Origin: Octopus sinensis
Lineage: Eukaryota
Direction: 5' to 3'
Assembly (NCBI RefSeq): GCF_006345805.1
Contig: NC_043018.1
Span: 26,102,001-26,166,000, forward strand
DNA length: 64,000 nucleotides
Shown: piece by piece, positions 61,887 through 64,000 of the stretch
Numbering within the stretch: position 1 is the first letter of the stretch
Layout of the letters: each line of letters opens with the position of its first letter
Translations under genes and position numbers: made by a program
The notes under the pieces: generated by a model
The model's database searches: none
What the model was told of the DNA's origin: nothing
What the model saw: only the letters and a program-made list of their open reading frames with translations

Positions 61887-62538
61887 GTAGAAATATGTTA
61901 CAAAAAGAAAATATAAAATACACGTGGAAATGTAAGGGTAAAATATGAAAAATCAACAAAAATGCACATTGCAAATAATAAAAGGCTTTTTATGACAGGT
62001 AACGACAAATATATACATTTAGATTGACTGTGGTAGTAATAAGAATCATAAAAGTCATTATTATGAGATGATTATAGGATGATAATAAAGTAAGAAACAA
62101 AGCGAACCATGGTTTCGGCAAAAAGCTATTCATCGTTTTAAAAACACTGGTTAATACACAGTGTCAGGTCTAATAGTTCTATAGAGAGAGAGAGAAAGAG
62201 AGAGATTAATAGATAGATAGTTAGTGTACTGGTCAACAAAAAAATACTCCATCCAGTGAGAGATAAATATCATTTAATAAATACAGGATTTATCTTGTGT
62301 TTATCAAATGATATATATGTGTGTGTGTGTGTCTTTGTATTTATTCTTCAGCACTGCTTACAACTGGTGTTAGTTTGTTTGCGTCCCATGGACTTAGCAC
62401 TTTGGTGAAAGAGACTCATAGAATAGGTATTGGACTTAAAAAAAATAAAGTACCGAGGTTGCTTTGTCTAACTAAACTCTTCCAGGTGATGCTCCCAACA
62501 GGGCTGCAGTCTGATAATTGAAAGATAAAATGTTTGTG

Positions 62539-62954
62539 GTGGTGAGCTGGCAGAAACGTTAGCACACCTGGCGAAATGCTTAGCGGTATTTCGTCTACCA
62601 TTACGTTCTCAGTTCAAATTCCGCCGAGGTCAACTTTGCCTTTCATCCTTTCAAGGTCGATTAAATAAGTACCAGTTATGCACTGAGGTCAATATAATCG
62701 ACTTAATCCATTTGTTTGTCCTTGTTTGTCCCCTCTGTGTTTAGCCCCTTGTGGGTAGTAAAGAAATAGGTATTTCGTCTGCCTTTACGTTCTGAGTTCA
62801 AATTCTGCCGAGGTCGACTTTGCCTTTCATCCTTTCGGGGTCGATTAAATAAATACCAGTTACGCACTGGGGTCAATATAATCGATTTAATCCGTTTGCC
62901 TGTCCTTGTTTATCCTCTCTGCGTTTAGCCCCTTGTGGGTAGTAATGAAATAGG
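62539..62954 (+). mobile_element. SINE family B, tandem dimer
   Basis: Junction gaaataggtatttcgtct; 14-bp TSD taaaatgtttgtgg. Confidence 0.92.
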
Positions 62955-63517
62955 TAAAATGTTTGTGGCTAATTTTAAAAGATACCTCGTTCTAATCCCT
63001 AAGAGGGTCTCAAAGTGAAAATTAAAAAATTGAAAAGACAATCATGTCACAGAACTGAATAAATAATGTTTTAAGTTTTTGGGATGAAGAAGAAGAAAGT
63101 GGCATGAAATGAAAAAAAAATAAACAGTAAGCTATGTACAGCTCTGTGAATCTTTTTTTTTTTATTGTTACATATTTAATGGAACAAATGGATAATTATG
63201 GCAATTCAGCATTTTAGAAATTAGTGTCAGATAAATGTGAAAAATTAGGAAAAATTAATTGATAATTATCTGTAAAGGACATTTCAGCTGGTTTCAACTT
63301 CATGTTCTCGTATTTCTGTAACATTCTTTAGTTTCAATATTCCAGTCTGACACGACTTAGACAGATGAGTAAATCTGACCGATTCTTTTGTTTGTTGGTT
63401 TTTGGTTGGCTTACTTAAACTTGTTTTTTTTATGTATTTTCAAGTTGTTGCATTTTTCGTAAAGTTGACTTCAAAATTTTATATATACATATACATACAT
63501 ACATACATACATACATA

Positions 63518-64000
63518 CATCATCATCATCATCGTTTAGCGTCCGTTTTCCATGCTAGCATGGGTTGGACGGTTCTACTGGGGTCTGTGAAGCCAGAAGG
63601 CTTCATCAGGCCCAGTCAAATCTGGCAGTGTTTCTACGGCTGGATGCCCTTCCTAACGCCAACCACTCCGTGAGTGTAGTGGGTGCTTTTTACGTGCCAC
63701 CCGCACTGGTGCCAGACAGAGCTGGCAAACGGCCACGAACGGATGGTGCTTTTTATGTGCCACCGGCACGAGGGCCAGGCGAGGCTGGCAACGGACACGA
63801 AACGGGGCGGTGCTGGCAACGGTCGCGAAACGGAAAGTTCTCTTACATGCCACCGGCACTGGTAACACATCTGCAATTTCCATTGATCGATTTCGATTCT
63901 GATCGTCACTTGCCTCAACGGGTCTTCACAAGCAGAGTTTTGACATGCCACCGGCACTGGTAGCACATCCGCAATTTCCATTGATCGATTTCGATTCTGA
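63518..64000 (-). mobile_element. Family C young copy with internal duplications, running off the window
   Basis: (CAT)n start, CpG-rich core, repeated catgccaccggcactggt..caatttccattgatcgatttcgattctga. Confidence 0.88.

Noticed and set aside
37524-64000. Next unc-13 exon (EG.G.W..LD-like)
   Set aside because: Not found in the ORF track or by eye; presumably downstream of the window.

Overview
AT-rich, microsatellite- and SINE-dense animal genomic DNA. The repeat families look like those of Octopus (coleoid cephalopod); this is from recall, not a search. The whole window appears to lie inside one + strand gene, unc-13/Munc13 (synaptic vesicle priming). Only two coding exons could be identified: 5594-5693 (100 nt) and 37406-37523 (118 nt). 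They splice in frame across a ~31.7 kb intron and encode most of the N-terminal C2A domain. The rest is intron filled with at least four SINE-like families, RTE and R4/Dong LINE 3' fragments, mariner, hAT and piggyBac-type MITEs, Helentron-associated elements, tandem repeats and one 100-N gap. Almost all ORFs in the supplied track are repeat artefacts. The most notable unannotated signals are: (i) about ten minimal type-I hammerhead-ribozyme-like motifs of the Penelope/retrozyme kind, one fused to a tRNA-like SINE head; (ii) an inverted insert at 52.7-53.5 kb that reads as the head-to-tail junction of the surrounding 3.3 kb segment; (iii) sense-strand RNA hairpins and inverted SINE pairs near the exons, which are candidate ADAR or circRNA substrates. 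No prokaryotic-type system, CRISPR array, rRNA or intact tRNA gene was seen. Repeat boundaries are approximate.
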